From: Bacteroidia bacterium
Lineage (GTDB): Bacteria > Bacteroidota > Bacteroidia > NS11-12g > UBA9320
Reading direction: 5' to 3'
Assembly: GCA_965655315.1 (NCBI GenBank)
Contig: CBFHGJ010000002.1
Span: 68,385-132,384, forward strand
Length of the DNA: 64,000 nt
The position numbers were made by a program, and so were the translations under genes. Each line of letters opens with the position of its first letter. Position 1 is the first letter of the stretch. The notes under the pieces are model-generated. The model worked only from the letters and a program-made list of their open reading frames with translations, was not told the origin of the DNA and made no database searches. Positions 18,981-28,848 of the stretch are shown piece by piece.

Positions 18981-20419
18981 TCTATTGCTTTATCCTTTTT
19001 GAGTTCAGCTATTTTGATTTGAAACGCAGCAAATATCAAAGTCATAAATGGACTGAGATAGTTAAAAATAGCATACGCAAAATATTCTCCTACCCCTACT
19101 CCCAAGACACTGCTCTGGTAAGCTCCACACGTATTCCAAGGAATTAATACTGAAGTAACCGTGCCGCTGTCTTCAAGCGTACGACTTAGATTTTCTGGAG
19201 CTAAATTCTTCTCTTTATATGCTTTTTGAAACATTTTTCCAGGTACAACTATTGCTAGATATTGATCACTAGCTGTTACGTTCAATGCAAGGCAACTGGC
19301 AACGGTACTGGCAAATAGTCCAAAAACTGTATTTGCTAAACTAAGTAGTGCTTGACTGATTCTACTCAAAGCCCCTATCGCTTCCATAATTCCACCGAAA
19401 ACCATGGCACATATTATTAACCATACAGTGCCTAACATTCCTTTCATACCTCCCGCACTAAATAAATCATTGAGTGCGACATTTGAAGTTTTCACCGTCA
19501 ATCCTGTAGTAATGGCAGACATCAATTGTTTATAAACTGCACTAACTCCACCATCCACTAATCCAGGTTGGAATATCACTGCAGCTATACATCCTATCAA
19601 TGTTCCAACTAATAAAGCAACTGAAGGATTTACTTTTTTTACTATCAAACCAATCACAATTATGGGGACTATGAACAGCCATAGTGATATATGAAATTTC
19701 TCTTTAATCGCATCAACTAGATATCCTGCTCCTTGTACTTCACCTACGTCATATCCTGCACTTAAGAAGCCGAATACCAATAGAGTAATTAAAATAGTAG
19801 GAACCGTAGTAAATGCCATATAACGTATATGAGTAAATAATGAAGTACCAGCCATAGCGGCGGCTAGATTTGTAGTGTCACTTAGAGGACTCAGTTTATC
19901 ACCAAAATAAGCTCCACTGATTACTGCTCCTGCGACTACTCCAGCAGGTAATCCAATAGCTTTACCGATAGCTACTAGAGCGATCCCGATGGTAGCACTT
20001 GTGGTCCAAGAGCTACCAGTAGCAATACTTATTATAGCAGATATAACTACTGCAGTTGGAAGAAAAATGGTCGGATTAATCAACTGTAAACCATAGTATA
20101 TCATAGCGGGAATTATTCCGCTAATGAGCCAGGCCGCAGATAAAGATCCTACTAGAAGTAAAATGACAATAGCACCAGAGACAGATTCAAGGTTTGCTCC
20201 GATTTGTTTAAACATGCTATCAAGACTAACCTTATTGGAATAGCCAACTAACCCTGCAACAGTCCCACCCATAAGTAGAACAAACTGGTTACTACCACTT
20301 ACAGCATCGTCACCAAAAACAAAGACGTTGAAAGCCAACATTGCTACAAGAGCAAATACAGGTATGAGTGCCTCCCAAATGGATAGTTCTTTATTCTGAA
20401 TTATTGAGTTCTTGGCCAT
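18977..20419 (-). CDS. nhaC: Na+/H+ antiporter NhaC family
   Basis: TGSSWTT, SGAYFGDKLSPLSDTTN, SRTLEDSGT, LIPWN. Confidence 0.92.
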   Translation of the reverse strand: MAKNSIIQNKELSIWEALIPVFALVAMLAFNVFVFGDDAVSGSNQFVLLMGGTVAGLVGYSNKVSLDSMFKQIGANLESVSGAIVILLLVGSLSAAWLISGIIPAMIYYGLQLINPTIFLPTAVVISAIISIATGSSWTTSATIGIALVAIGKAIGLPAGVVAGAVISGAYFGDKLSPLSDTTNLAAAMAGTSLFTHIRYMAFTTVPTILITLLVFGFLSAGYDVGEVQGAGYLVDAIKEKFHISLWLFIVPIIVIGLIVKKVNPSVALLVGTLIGCIAAVIFQPGLVDGGVSAVYKQLMSAITTGLTVKTSNVALNDLFSAGGMKGMLGTVWLIICAMVFGGIMEAIGALSRISQALLSLANTVFGLFASTVASCLALNVTASDQYLAIVVPGKMFQKAYKEKNLAPENLSRTLEDSGTVTSVLIPWNTCGAYQSSVLGVGVGEYFAYAIFNYLSPFMTLIFAAFQIKIAELKKDKAID

Positions 20420-20548
20420 AGTTCAAATCAACACTTTTTTTTTCACAAAGTGTCAGATAAGCTAATATTCAGGACCTATCAATGTTAGACTTCAAGAAAA
20501 AATGTCAGTATATTATTTACGGCAAAGGAATTGTTATAGAATTGGTAA

Positions 20549-20911
20549 ATGAACAGAATTATTAAATTTTTACTTCTTGGAGGAGTAGTTTGGTTATGTG
20601 CTCAACACTTAGAAGGAGTAATGGTTGTAGACTATGTACACGCGATTATCGCTGCATTAGTGCTAGCGATATTAAATACCCTAATACGACCTGTACTAAC
20701 TATTATATCACTACCTATTACCATTATAACTTTTGGACTATTTAGCTTGGCATTAACCGCATTTATAGTTGAAATAATGGACTACTTCGTAAGTGGAATT
20801 ACGGTAACCTCCTTTTGGTGGGCGTTACTATTTGGACTAATCGTTTCACTGGCAAACAGTAGCATAGACAAACTTCTTTACCCGAGTAAAAAATCTGCTA
20901 TAAACGGTTAA
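20549..20911 (+). CDS. 4-TM membrane protein (YvlD / 'phage holin 4_2' family)
   Basis: LNTLIRPVL..ISLP...TFGLF, FWWAL. Confidence 0.85.
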   Translation: MNRIIKFLLLGGVVWLCAQHLEGVMVVDYVHAIIAALVLAILNTLIRPVLTIISLPITIITFGLFSLALTAFIVEIMDYFVSGITVTSFWWALLFGLIVSLANSSIDKLLYPSKKSAING

Positions 20912-20961
20912 ATGTGGTTCAAGAAAAAGTAGAATACACAAACTACGAAGAGGTAGATTAA

Positions 20962-22017
20962 TTACATCAGTACATCTTTAACCACTTCTATTTTCGGTGG
21001 CAAATTAGTCTCACCTAACATTTCTTTTAGGTCAATCTCTATTGTCCTGCATAATGATAGCATAGGAATATCATTACCGAGACCCTCAAAAGGGTTTTCA
21101 GAATAATCACCTATTAGCTCCATCATAAGAAAAACCCATCCTACAATGACGGTAAATGGGATGGATAACCATGCTCCCCAGTCTCCAAAATCCTTGTAAT
21201 CGTGAAATTCAGTTACCATTCCAAATGGCAACAAAAATATGTATAGCCCAACAAATACATAGCTCATACTACCATACTGTCTTGGGAAAGGAAATTTCTT
21301 GAAACGCTCTGCTTTACCTTGATGCGTATAGAAATCATTGAGGATATTCTCAGGCTCCATGTGCCTGAAATCATTAATTATTTTTCTTTCTCTCAAGATT
21401 TTTAAATCTTGACTTTGCTGGTCGATGATTTGAGTAGCGGTATTCTGGGCATTTAACAGTCTATCAACTTCGTCTTTAGGAAGGCAGGTAGGTAAAATCT
21501 CTTTGGTAGTTTGATCAGTAAACTGGCCTACTCCATAAAAATCTATCCGCGTTTGTGTTACTTTCCTAACCATTTTACTCTGGTTAATATGCTCCCAACT
21601 AGTAGGTATGAGCAGCTGACTTCTTAGTGAATATAACCACCCGATATGTCTATAAATCAATCGAGTAATTTCTCCATCTAGCTCTGTTTGCGGTATATCT
21701 TTTTCAGTAAATTGATTCGAAACAAATCCCTTAACAGAAACACCCCACATTCTACTAATATTAACTATGGCTCCCAAAATCTTTCGAGCTTCCCACATAC
21801 AATCGTATGAGGAATTATTTTTAAAACCGAGATAAAAAGCAACCGCAGTACCTATCACTGACAAAGGCAGCCATGGGACTTTAAAACACTCATAACCAAG
21901 TACATGTAATCCTTCTATAAAACAAGTTGCTAAAAGAGCCCACAGGGTAAGCCACACTAAGTGTCCACCTGAGAGCTCCATCATTCGCTTGAATCCAAAA
22001 TTTTTCTTAACATACAT
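20962..22017 (-). CDS. Bestrophin-family ion channel (motif-degenerate)
   Basis: FKNN.SYD..WEAR, ER.K.FPFP, ENPFEG..ND.P. Confidence 0.85.
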   Translation of the reverse strand: MYVKKNFGFKRMMELSGGHLVWLTLWALLATCFIEGLHVLGYECFKVPWLPLSVIGTAVAFYLGFKNNSSYDCMWEARKILGAIVNISRMWGVSVKGFVSNQFTEKDIPQTELDGEITRLIYRHIGWLYSLRSQLLIPTSWEHINQSKMVRKVTQTRIDFYGVGQFTDQTTKEILPTCLPKDEVDRLLNAQNTATQIIDQQSQDLKILRERKIINDFRHMEPENILNDFYTHQGKAERFKKFPFPRQYGSMSYVFVGLYIFLLPFGMVTEFHDYKDFGDWGAWLSIPFTVIVGWVFLMMELIGDYSENPFEGLGNDIPMLSLCRTIEIDLKEMLGETNLPPKIEVVKDVLM

Positions 22018-22174
22018 TATACATAAATGTACTTTTTTAGGCTAATGCTGAACAGTTAAAATTTAGAGCTGCAATTTGAAACCATTTTCAAAAAGAAATA
22101 GCAAAATAAAAAAAGTACTACTCATATTCAGCTCTGATTAGACTAACTCAATAATCTGATTAAATTCTCTTGTA

Positions 22175-23185
22175 TCAGTTTACTTGTAAACCAATTTCTT
22201 CAATTAGAAATGAGGATGTTTTCTCCGTTAAATGTTCGATGTCCTCACCAAAAAATCTACTAGGCATACAGTGCTTTCCTGCTTTTGGGAAGACTACCTC
22301 AGCTTTTGTTTCAGCACCCAATTCTTTATACATGTCTTGTATAGCTGCTATTGATATCACTGAGTCTTGATACACTTCGTCTTTGTAGTAGTAACCTACA
22401 AATGTGGGTACTGACACTTTTCTAAACACCTCATCAGTCATCGTCCCTTCTATCAGCCTTTGCAACTCTACGAGTGCTTCCAGTCTATATGTAGTATGCC
22501 AAAATGAATCTGCACCCACAGGAGCATCCCAACTGTGATAATTCCCCCCTTTTACTACTCTAGCTATTTCAAGTCCCCAAGGTCCGGCAAGCAAATCAGC
22601 CTTTGGATCAAATACCTTGATATTTGGTGAATAGCAAATCAATCCATCAATCTTATTTTCTGCAGATGAAGCTAAGTACAGACCAACAGTACTCCCGGTG
22701 CTCGTAGTCATTAAGATTACCTTTTCTCCTAATTGAGCTGCTAAGGCTAATGCTTTTTGAGCAGAAAGAATATATTTCTCAGCAGTGAAATGCAGCATGT
22801 TTTCTTCCTCTACCAACCCGTGATCTGCAAGTCGAGGAGCATATAAATTCATTCCAAATTTCTTAGCAATATCTGAATGGACCGGATCCCCCTCCACAGG
22901 GCTGGCTGAAAATCCATGTAAATAAAGCAACACATATTCAGTTTTTTGCCCAATACTATCTGCCCAGTATAGAATGGATTCATTCCCTGGTTTAATATTT
23001 AAATCTGCCTCTTCTGCTCTTATTGTAGATTCAACATACTGAATAGGTGGAGCAGAAATTGAACTTTCATGTATCAAATCTGGACTTAAATCTACTTTAT
23101 CAGGTTTAGGACCTAGCACGTAAATCAAAACACTAAATAAGATAAGTATAGATAATGAGGTAAATATTCTTTTTACTAATTTCAT
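22175..23185 (-). CDS. Membrane-anchored alpha/beta hydrolase (esterase/lipase)
   Basis: LHGFSAS, T-S-T-G nucleophile elbow, QDSVI Asp, GKH His; start placed after TAACTTTG (-, 23195-23202). Confidence 0.85.
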   Translation of the reverse strand: MKLVKRIFTSLSILILFSVLIYVLGPKPDKVDLSPDLIHESSISAPPIQYVESTIRAEEADLNIKPGNESILYWADSIGQKTEYVLLYLHGFSASPVEGDPVHSDIAKKFGMNLYAPRLADHGLVEEENMLHFTAEKYILSAQKALALAAQLGEKVILMTTSTGSTVGLYLASSAENKIDGLICYSPNIKVFDPKADLLAGPWGLEIARVVKGGNYHSWDAPVGADSFWHTTYRLEALVELQRLIEGTMTDEVFRKVSVPTFVGYYYKDEVYQDSVISIAAIQDMYKELGAETKAEVVFPKAGKHCMPSRFFGEDIEHLTEKTSSFLIEEIGLQVN

Positions 23186-23283
23186 TGGTAAAGTCAAAGT
23201 TATTCAATTCTAAAACTCACGAATAACAAAAACTTCATTGTAGATAAACAGAAAACACTACTTTCGAAACTCTATTTTCATTC

Positions 23284-26157
23284 ATGCAAATATTCTCAAG
23301 ACCAATCAGAAAGATAACTTGTTCCTCAAATAGATTTCCTCTGTTACTCCTAGTCTTCTTGGTTCCATTTATATTAAAAGCCCAAAACATAACGGGTAAA
23401 GTGAAGAACAAAAAAGGTGAAGCACTTATTGGTGCCTATGTTGTTGCTCCACAAATACCTGGAATCGGAGCAATAACAAACGAAAGTGGTGCTTTCTCAA
23501 TCAAAGTCGATAAACTGCCAGTAGAACTGAAAATATCCTACCTAGGATATGAAGACTATACTTGGAATGTGACAAATACTACGCCTAAAACCATAGTTAT
23601 GAGTCCTGCTCAAGAGAATGTTCTGACAGGTGCTTTGGTGAAAGCAAGTAGAGTGACTGAGAAACAAAAAGAAGCTCCTTTGACCGTAGAATCTATAGGA
23701 ATTAAGGCCATTAAAGATGCTCCTGCCGCATCCTTTTATGAAAGTCTCGGAAACCTCAAGGGAGTAGACGTCACTGCAGCAAGTTTAGGATTCAGGGTAG
23801 TAAATACCAGAGGATTCAATAGTACAAGTCCAGTACGATCACTACAACTTATAGATGGTGTTGACAATCAATCACCAGGATTAAATTTTTCACTAGGAAA
23901 CTTTTTAGGAGCTAGTGATTTGGACATTCGTCGTGTGAATGTAATAGCTGGTGCTAGCAGTGCATTCTACGGCCCAAATGCCTTTAATGGTGTGATTAGC
24001 ATGGAGACTAAGTCCTCCTATGATTTCCCTGGTGTGACCTCTGAAGTTAAACTGGGAGAAAGAAACCTAGCTCAAGCCGCAATAAGATATGCCGACTATA
24101 TCACCAATGAAGAAGGTAGGGAAACCTTTGGTTACAAGGTCAACGTATTCTATATGCAGGCCAATGACTGGGAAGCAGAGAATTACAATCCTACCGAAGA
24201 TAGTGACCACAACCAACTAAATCCAGGTGGTTATGATGCCGTGAATAGATATGGAGACGAAGTTCTTACTGCCGGTAATGACGACTTTGATAACCCTCAA
24301 GGTCACCGTCAAGTTCCCGGAGCCGGCACTTTTTACAGAACAGGTTATGATGAAAAAGATCTAGTAGATTACACTACTGATAACCTAAAACTAAATACAA
24401 CCTTAAGCTATCGTTTCGCAGACAGCGTTCAATTAGACTACTCGTTTAATTTCAGTACTGGAAGTACCGTCTATCAGGGAGATAATAGATACAGATTAGA
24501 TGATATCCGATTTTGGCAAAATCACTTAGAACTAAGTAAACCGGGTAAATTTTTTGTGCGTGCATATAGCACACAAGAAGATGCCGGAAACACATACGAC
24601 ATAGTTACAACTGCTTTCAGATTAAATGAAGAAGCTAGTTTAGAAGGTGACTGGTACAATGCTTATAAGCGTGTTTGGAGTGGTGCTCCATTTCGAATCT
24701 ACAAACAAGTAAGTAGTTGGCCAGGGTTTCCAACCTATAATCCAGATATACACGGATCTCAAGAAGAATGGTCAGAAAATTACTATTTGCCTTTCGTAGC
24801 CGCGAATAGAGATACCATAACCAGTATACATGGCTATGCTCGTAGCTTGGTTGATCAGAATAGACTAAATCCTGGTACAGATCAATTTGACAGCACTTTC
24901 AATGATATAACAAGCAGACTGTTTACGGACGGAGGAACTCGCTTTTTTGATAAATCTGCTCTTTATCACCTGCAAGGTCAGTACATTTTCACACCTGAAT
25001 TTGGAAAAATCACTCTTGGTGGAAATGGGAGAATGTTTGCCCCAAATTCTCAAGGTACTATCTTAGAAGATACCGGAAGTGTAGTCATAAGAAACTTGGA
25101 AGCGGGAGTTTATGCAGGTATAGAAAAAAGGTGGTTATTAAATCGAGTAATTGCTAATGTAACTACCAGATTAGACAAAAATCAAAATTTCGACTACCTC
25201 TTTTCTCCAGCAGCATCTTTCATCTACAAACACAGACCAAATCACGTATTCAGAGTATCCTTTAGTTCTGCCATAAGAAATCCAACATTAGCTGACCAGT
25301 ACTTATTTTATGATGTAGGGCGAGCTACTTTGCTTGGTAATTTAAATGGTTTTGACTCTTTAGTGAGTATTGAATCATTCAGAGATGCATATGCTGATGA
25401 AGCAGATAGATCACTATTAGACTACTATAATGTAGCACCTATAAAACCTGAACAAGCCAGAACACTAGAATTTGGTTACAAAGGGAATTTATTTGACAAA
25501 TCCTTGTTCATTGATGCAGGTTATTATTACACTTCTTATATCAATTTTATTGGTTTTAATTTTGGGCTAGATCCATTTTTCTTAAACAAAACGGTTAAAA
25601 CACCCAACTTTGTAAATGCATATCGAGTAGCAGCAAATGCTACATCTATAGTCACCACTCAAGGAGTAGCTATAGGGTTGAATTACTATTTTGATAAGTT
25701 TAATCTTGGAGGTAATTACTCTTGGAACGTGCTGAACAAACAAGGAACAGATGATCCAATTATTCCTGCCTTTAATACGCCAGAGCACAAATTCAATGTT
25801 AGTTTTTCAGGTACTAAACTGAAATTACCTGGTATAGAAGGTGAGAACTTTGGATTTGGAATTAACTATAAGTGGATAGAAGGATTTGTATTCGAAGGCT
25901 CTCCACAATTCACAGGTTTTGTCCCAACTTATGATATGCTAGATGCTCAAATAAACTTTGAGGTACCCAAATGGAACACCAGTTTCAAACTAGGTGGATC
26001 AAACATATTGGGTATTATGCCGTTGCTAGATTCACAGGGAGAGAATAGTCAACGATCTGTTTTTAATAACTTGAATTATCAAGTATACGGCGGACCTTTT
26101 GTTGGAAGAATGGTATATTTTTCAGTTCAACACAACCTTAAGTTTACAAAAGATTAA
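23284..26157 (+). CDS. TonB-dependent receptor with N-terminal carboxypeptidase-regulatory-like domain
   Basis: ITGKV...GEALIGA, plug NTRGF / GASSAFYGPNAFNGVI, LFSP, C-terminal GGPFVGR. Confidence 0.93.
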   Translation: MQIFSRPIRKITCSSNRFPLLLLVFLVPFILKAQNITGKVKNKKGEALIGAYVVAPQIPGIGAITNESGAFSIKVDKLPVELKISYLGYEDYTWNVTNTTPKTIVMSPAQENVLTGALVKASRVTEKQKEAPLTVESIGIKAIKDAPAASFYESLGNLKGVDVTAASLGFRVVNTRGFNSTSPVRSLQLIDGVDNQSPGLNFSLGNFLGASDLDIRRVNVIAGASSAFYGPNAFNGVISMETKSSYDFPGVTSEVKLGERNLAQAAIRYADYITNEEGRETFGYKVNVFYMQANDWEAENYNPTEDSDHNQLNPGGYDAVNRYGDEVLTAGNDDFDNPQGHRQVPGAGTFYRTGYDEKDLVDYTTDNLKLNTTLSYRFADSVQLDYSFNFSTGSTVYQGDNRYRLDDIRFWQNHLELSKPGKFFVRAYSTQEDAGNTYDIVTTAFRLNEEASLEGDWYNAYKRVWSGAPFRIYKQVSSWPGFPTYNPDIHGSQEEWSENYYLPFVAANRDTITSIHGYARSLVDQNRLNPGTDQFDSTFNDITSRLFTDGGTRFFDKSALYHLQGQYIFTPEFGKITLGGNGRMFAPNSQGTILEDTGSVVIRNLEAGVYAGIEKRWLLNRVIANVTTRLDKNQNFDYLFSPAASFIYKHRPNHVFRVSFSSAIRNPTLADQYLFYDVGRATLLGNLNGFDSLVSIESFRDAYADEADRSLLDYYNVAPIKPEQARTLEFGYKGNLFDKSLFIDAGYYYTSYINFIGFNFGLDPFFLNKTVKTPNFVNAYRVAANATSIVTTQGVAIGLNYYFDKFNLGGNYSWNVLNKQGTDDPIIPAFNTPEHKFNVSFSGTKLKLPGIEGENFGFGINYKWIEGFVFEGSPQFTGFVPTYDMLDAQINFEVPKWNTSFKLGGSNILGIMPLLDSQGENSQRSVFNNLNYQVYGGPFVGRMVYFSVQHNLKFTKD

Positions 26158-26208
26158 GAAATAGTTATATTGCGTGCTTAAAATTTAACAAACACAGTAC
26201 AACATTAT

Positions 26209-27900
26209 ATGAAAAAACAATACATACTTTTTACACTTTTAGCAGCTTGCTGGACATTTTCAGCGAATGCACAACAACGATATATCGATCCGATATATAC
26301 TGAATCAGACATTGAGGTTTCCTCTGACATCGTAGTAGGTACTAACATAGACTTTCTTACGTCTACTACTAGTAATGCAGCAAATGTTGGTCGAGACATT
26401 ACTGAGATTAGAACGGCTCTAGGTACTGGACAGCCTATTCCGGGTAAGTACTACAATCCTGGAGATGCTTCTTCTGACCTTAAGGTTACAGAAATAAAAA
26501 TGGATGTCTATAGAGCCAACTCAACGGTTGACGCTACTACAGATAGACCAGTTATTATATTCCTGCATACTGGTAACTTCTTACCTCCAGGGTTAAACGG
26601 ATCTCCCTTAGGCTTCAAAGGCGACAGTACAGCAATTGTACTTTGTACAGAGTGGGCTAAAAGAGGTTATGTAGCTGCAGCTGTAAACTACAGACTTGGT
26701 TGGAATCCACTAGCTGCAAGTGCTGAAGTGAGAAGAGGCCAATTACTGAATGCTGTGTATAGAGCTATTCACGATGTGAAGCAAACTGTAAGGTTTATGA
26801 GAAACGATGCAGCTGGAGGAAACACGTATTCAATTGACCCAGATAGAATATCTCTTTATGGTGAAGGTACTGGTGGATATGTTGCTCTAGCTTATGCTAC
26901 GTTGGACAAAAATGAAGAAATGGAACTTGAGAAGTTCAGAGCTGGAGGAGTTGGTCCATCGTACATTGACCGAGCTACTGTAGGTGAAATCGATGGAAGT
27001 GGCGGAGCATTAAACTTATATGCTCAAAGCACTACTTCTTCAGAAATAAATGCAGTAATCACTGCGGGTGGTGCGTTAGCAGACACTTCTTGGTTAGAAA
27101 CAGGAGATGCTCCTATGATTGCTTTTCAAGCGGTTAGAGACCCTTTCGCTCCTTTTGGTGAAGGTACGGTTATCGTTCCTACTACAAACGAAGATGTTGT
27201 AGATGTTCAGGGTGCTAACTTATACATTCAAAAAGCAGTTGCTGTAGGTAATAACGCTGCCTTTGAAGGAATATTAAGTAATGATGCTTATACTATTGCT
27301 GCAAGAGCAAACTATGGTGCTGAAGTAGACTACATTTATGCTGCACCATTTGATAAGATTACGATAAATTCTGAAGTAGATGGATTATTCCCAGTTATAA
27401 GACCTGTTGCTGATCAAGTATTGAACAACGAAGGTTCTCCTTGGCAATTTTGGGATCCAGAATCTGCACTAGCTAAAACTGTAGTTGGTGAATTTATGGG
27501 TCAACCAGTAACTGCTCATATGAACTCTATTGGTTCAAATCCAGGTATGGGTTCTGAAAAAGGTCGTACATATATAGATACTATCTTAGGATATTCTATG
27601 CCAAGACTTGCAGTTATTAATGGTGAGGTAACTGTAGAAGCCTTATCTACTAAGCAAGTTTTGCCATCAAATGCAACTTCATTATATCCTAACCCTGCGA
27701 CGAATTCTTTGACTGTAAGTGTAGCACCTCAATACACTGTTACTGCTATTGAAATAGTGGATTTAACAGGTAGAAATGTGTTGACACTGGCTCCAAGTAA
27801 TTTGGTTACCGCAAATTTATCTGAGCTACAATCAGGATACTATTTTGTAAATATTACCACTGATGCTGGTACTATTTCTAATAAATTATTAAAGAACTAA
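26209..27900 (+). CDS. T9SS-secreted carboxylesterase-fold protein lacking the canonical catalytic Ser
   Basis: MDVY, RPVIIFLHTGNF, AKRGYV...NYRLG, GEGTGG; type A CTD YPNPA...SGYYFV...KLLKN. Confidence 0.85.
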   Translation: MKKQYILFTLLAACWTFSANAQQRYIDPIYTESDIEVSSDIVVGTNIDFLTSTTSNAANVGRDITEIRTALGTGQPIPGKYYNPGDASSDLKVTEIKMDVYRANSTVDATTDRPVIIFLHTGNFLPPGLNGSPLGFKGDSTAIVLCTEWAKRGYVAAAVNYRLGWNPLAASAEVRRGQLLNAVYRAIHDVKQTVRFMRNDAAGGNTYSIDPDRISLYGEGTGGYVALAYATLDKNEEMELEKFRAGGVGPSYIDRATVGEIDGSGGALNLYAQSTTSSEINAVITAGGALADTSWLETGDAPMIAFQAVRDPFAPFGEGTVIVPTTNEDVVDVQGANLYIQKAVAVGNNAAFEGILSNDAYTIAARANYGAEVDYIYAAPFDKITINSEVDGLFPVIRPVADQVLNNEGSPWQFWDPESALAKTVVGEFMGQPVTAHMNSIGSNPGMGSEKGRTYIDTILGYSMPRLAVINGEVTVEALSTKQVLPSNATSLYPNPATNSLTVSVAPQYTVTAIEIVDLTGRNVLTLAPSNLVTANLSELQSGYYFVNITTDAGTISNKLLKN

Positions 27901-27916
27901 CCGTTCATTAGAACTT

Positions 27917-27956
27917 AAAAAAGCCCGGTTGAGAAACTCTCAACCGGGCTTTTTTT
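27917..27956. terminator. Bidirectional rho-independent terminator
   Basis: A6-GCCCGGTTGAGA-AAC-TCTCAACCGGGC-T7 between convergent genes. Confidence 0.92.
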
Positions 27957-27972
27957 ATATGTCAGATTCAAT

Positions 27973-28761
27973 TTATTCTAGATACAATCCAAATACAATT
28001 CCGGTTCTTAACATATTCCTAGTTCTACTAAAAGGAACATTTATCCATTGTTGACCATCGAATACAGTATTTGTGCCTGTTTCTCTTAATTCAGTAATCA
28101 TAGTACTTAGACTTAAGTGCCATCCAGCGTGTTCCCTTTTCTTATTGGCTATACCAATCGAAGGGCCCAAAAATGGTCCTTGCTCGACTGTAATTTCATT
28201 ACCCCACCATCTTGGTCGATTTTCTACTAAAGCTATCCCAGCTCTCAGTTTTACAAAAGGAGTAAATCCCTCTTTTTGGAAACGATATGTTCCTTCAACT
28301 CCGAGAGGATATAAATTCGCAAGGTTTGACCAATAAAAATCTACTCCAGCAGTACCTCCCACTGCTAAATTTTCGGTTAGATTATGACCAACACCCAAAG
28401 AAAACCCAGGATTTAAAACAAGCCAAGGAGAATATCCAAACCTATTGGCCATATCTAGTGTGAAATAGGTCTTACCCATCGTGTAAGGTTGCGGTGCTCT
28501 TTTGTGCCTTCTCCCGCCAATATACTGCACTGATTCTGGAGCTACCTTCCGTAAATCTACTTCTGCTATCTCCTCCCAGTCTATAAATGCAGTATCCTTT
28601 AACAATACAATACGAACAAAATCATTATAAGCTAGGTCTACAATCTCCCCTTTGAGTACAATCCCAGATTTGAGTTTAACAGCTCCTTCTTGAACTTGAG
28701 CAGAACTGTAAGTTCTAAGTAATATAAATGCAGAAAGAAGAATTAAAGCCTTTAAATCCAT
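27973..28761 (-). CDS. Hypothetical exported/outer-membrane beta-barrel protein
   Basis: Signal peptide from MDLKAL, LKSG..LKGEI N-domain, amphipathic strands. Confidence 0.6.
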   Translation of the reverse strand: MDLKALILLSAFILLRTYSSAQVQEGAVKLKSGIVLKGEIVDLAYNDFVRIVLLKDTAFIDWEEIAEVDLRKVAPESVQYIGGRRHKRAPQPYTMGKTYFTLDMANRFGYSPWLVLNPGFSLGVGHNLTENLAVGGTAGVDFYWSNLANLYPLGVEGTYRFQKEGFTPFVKLRAGIALVENRPRWWGNEITVEQGPFLGPSIGIANKKREHAGWHLSLSTMITELRETGTNTVFDGQQWINVPFSRTRNMLRTGIVFGLYLE

Positions 28762-28848
28762 CACCAATTCAAAAAATGACATTGAGACTGTAACTTTCCT
28801 CTTGGCGGTTTCGTTATATTTGAACATCGTATACAAAACTAATTGGTT

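Noticed and set aside
20549-20911. 'Phage holin' as prophage evidence
   Set aside because: The family is commonly chromosomal; no endolysin, integrase or structural genes nearby
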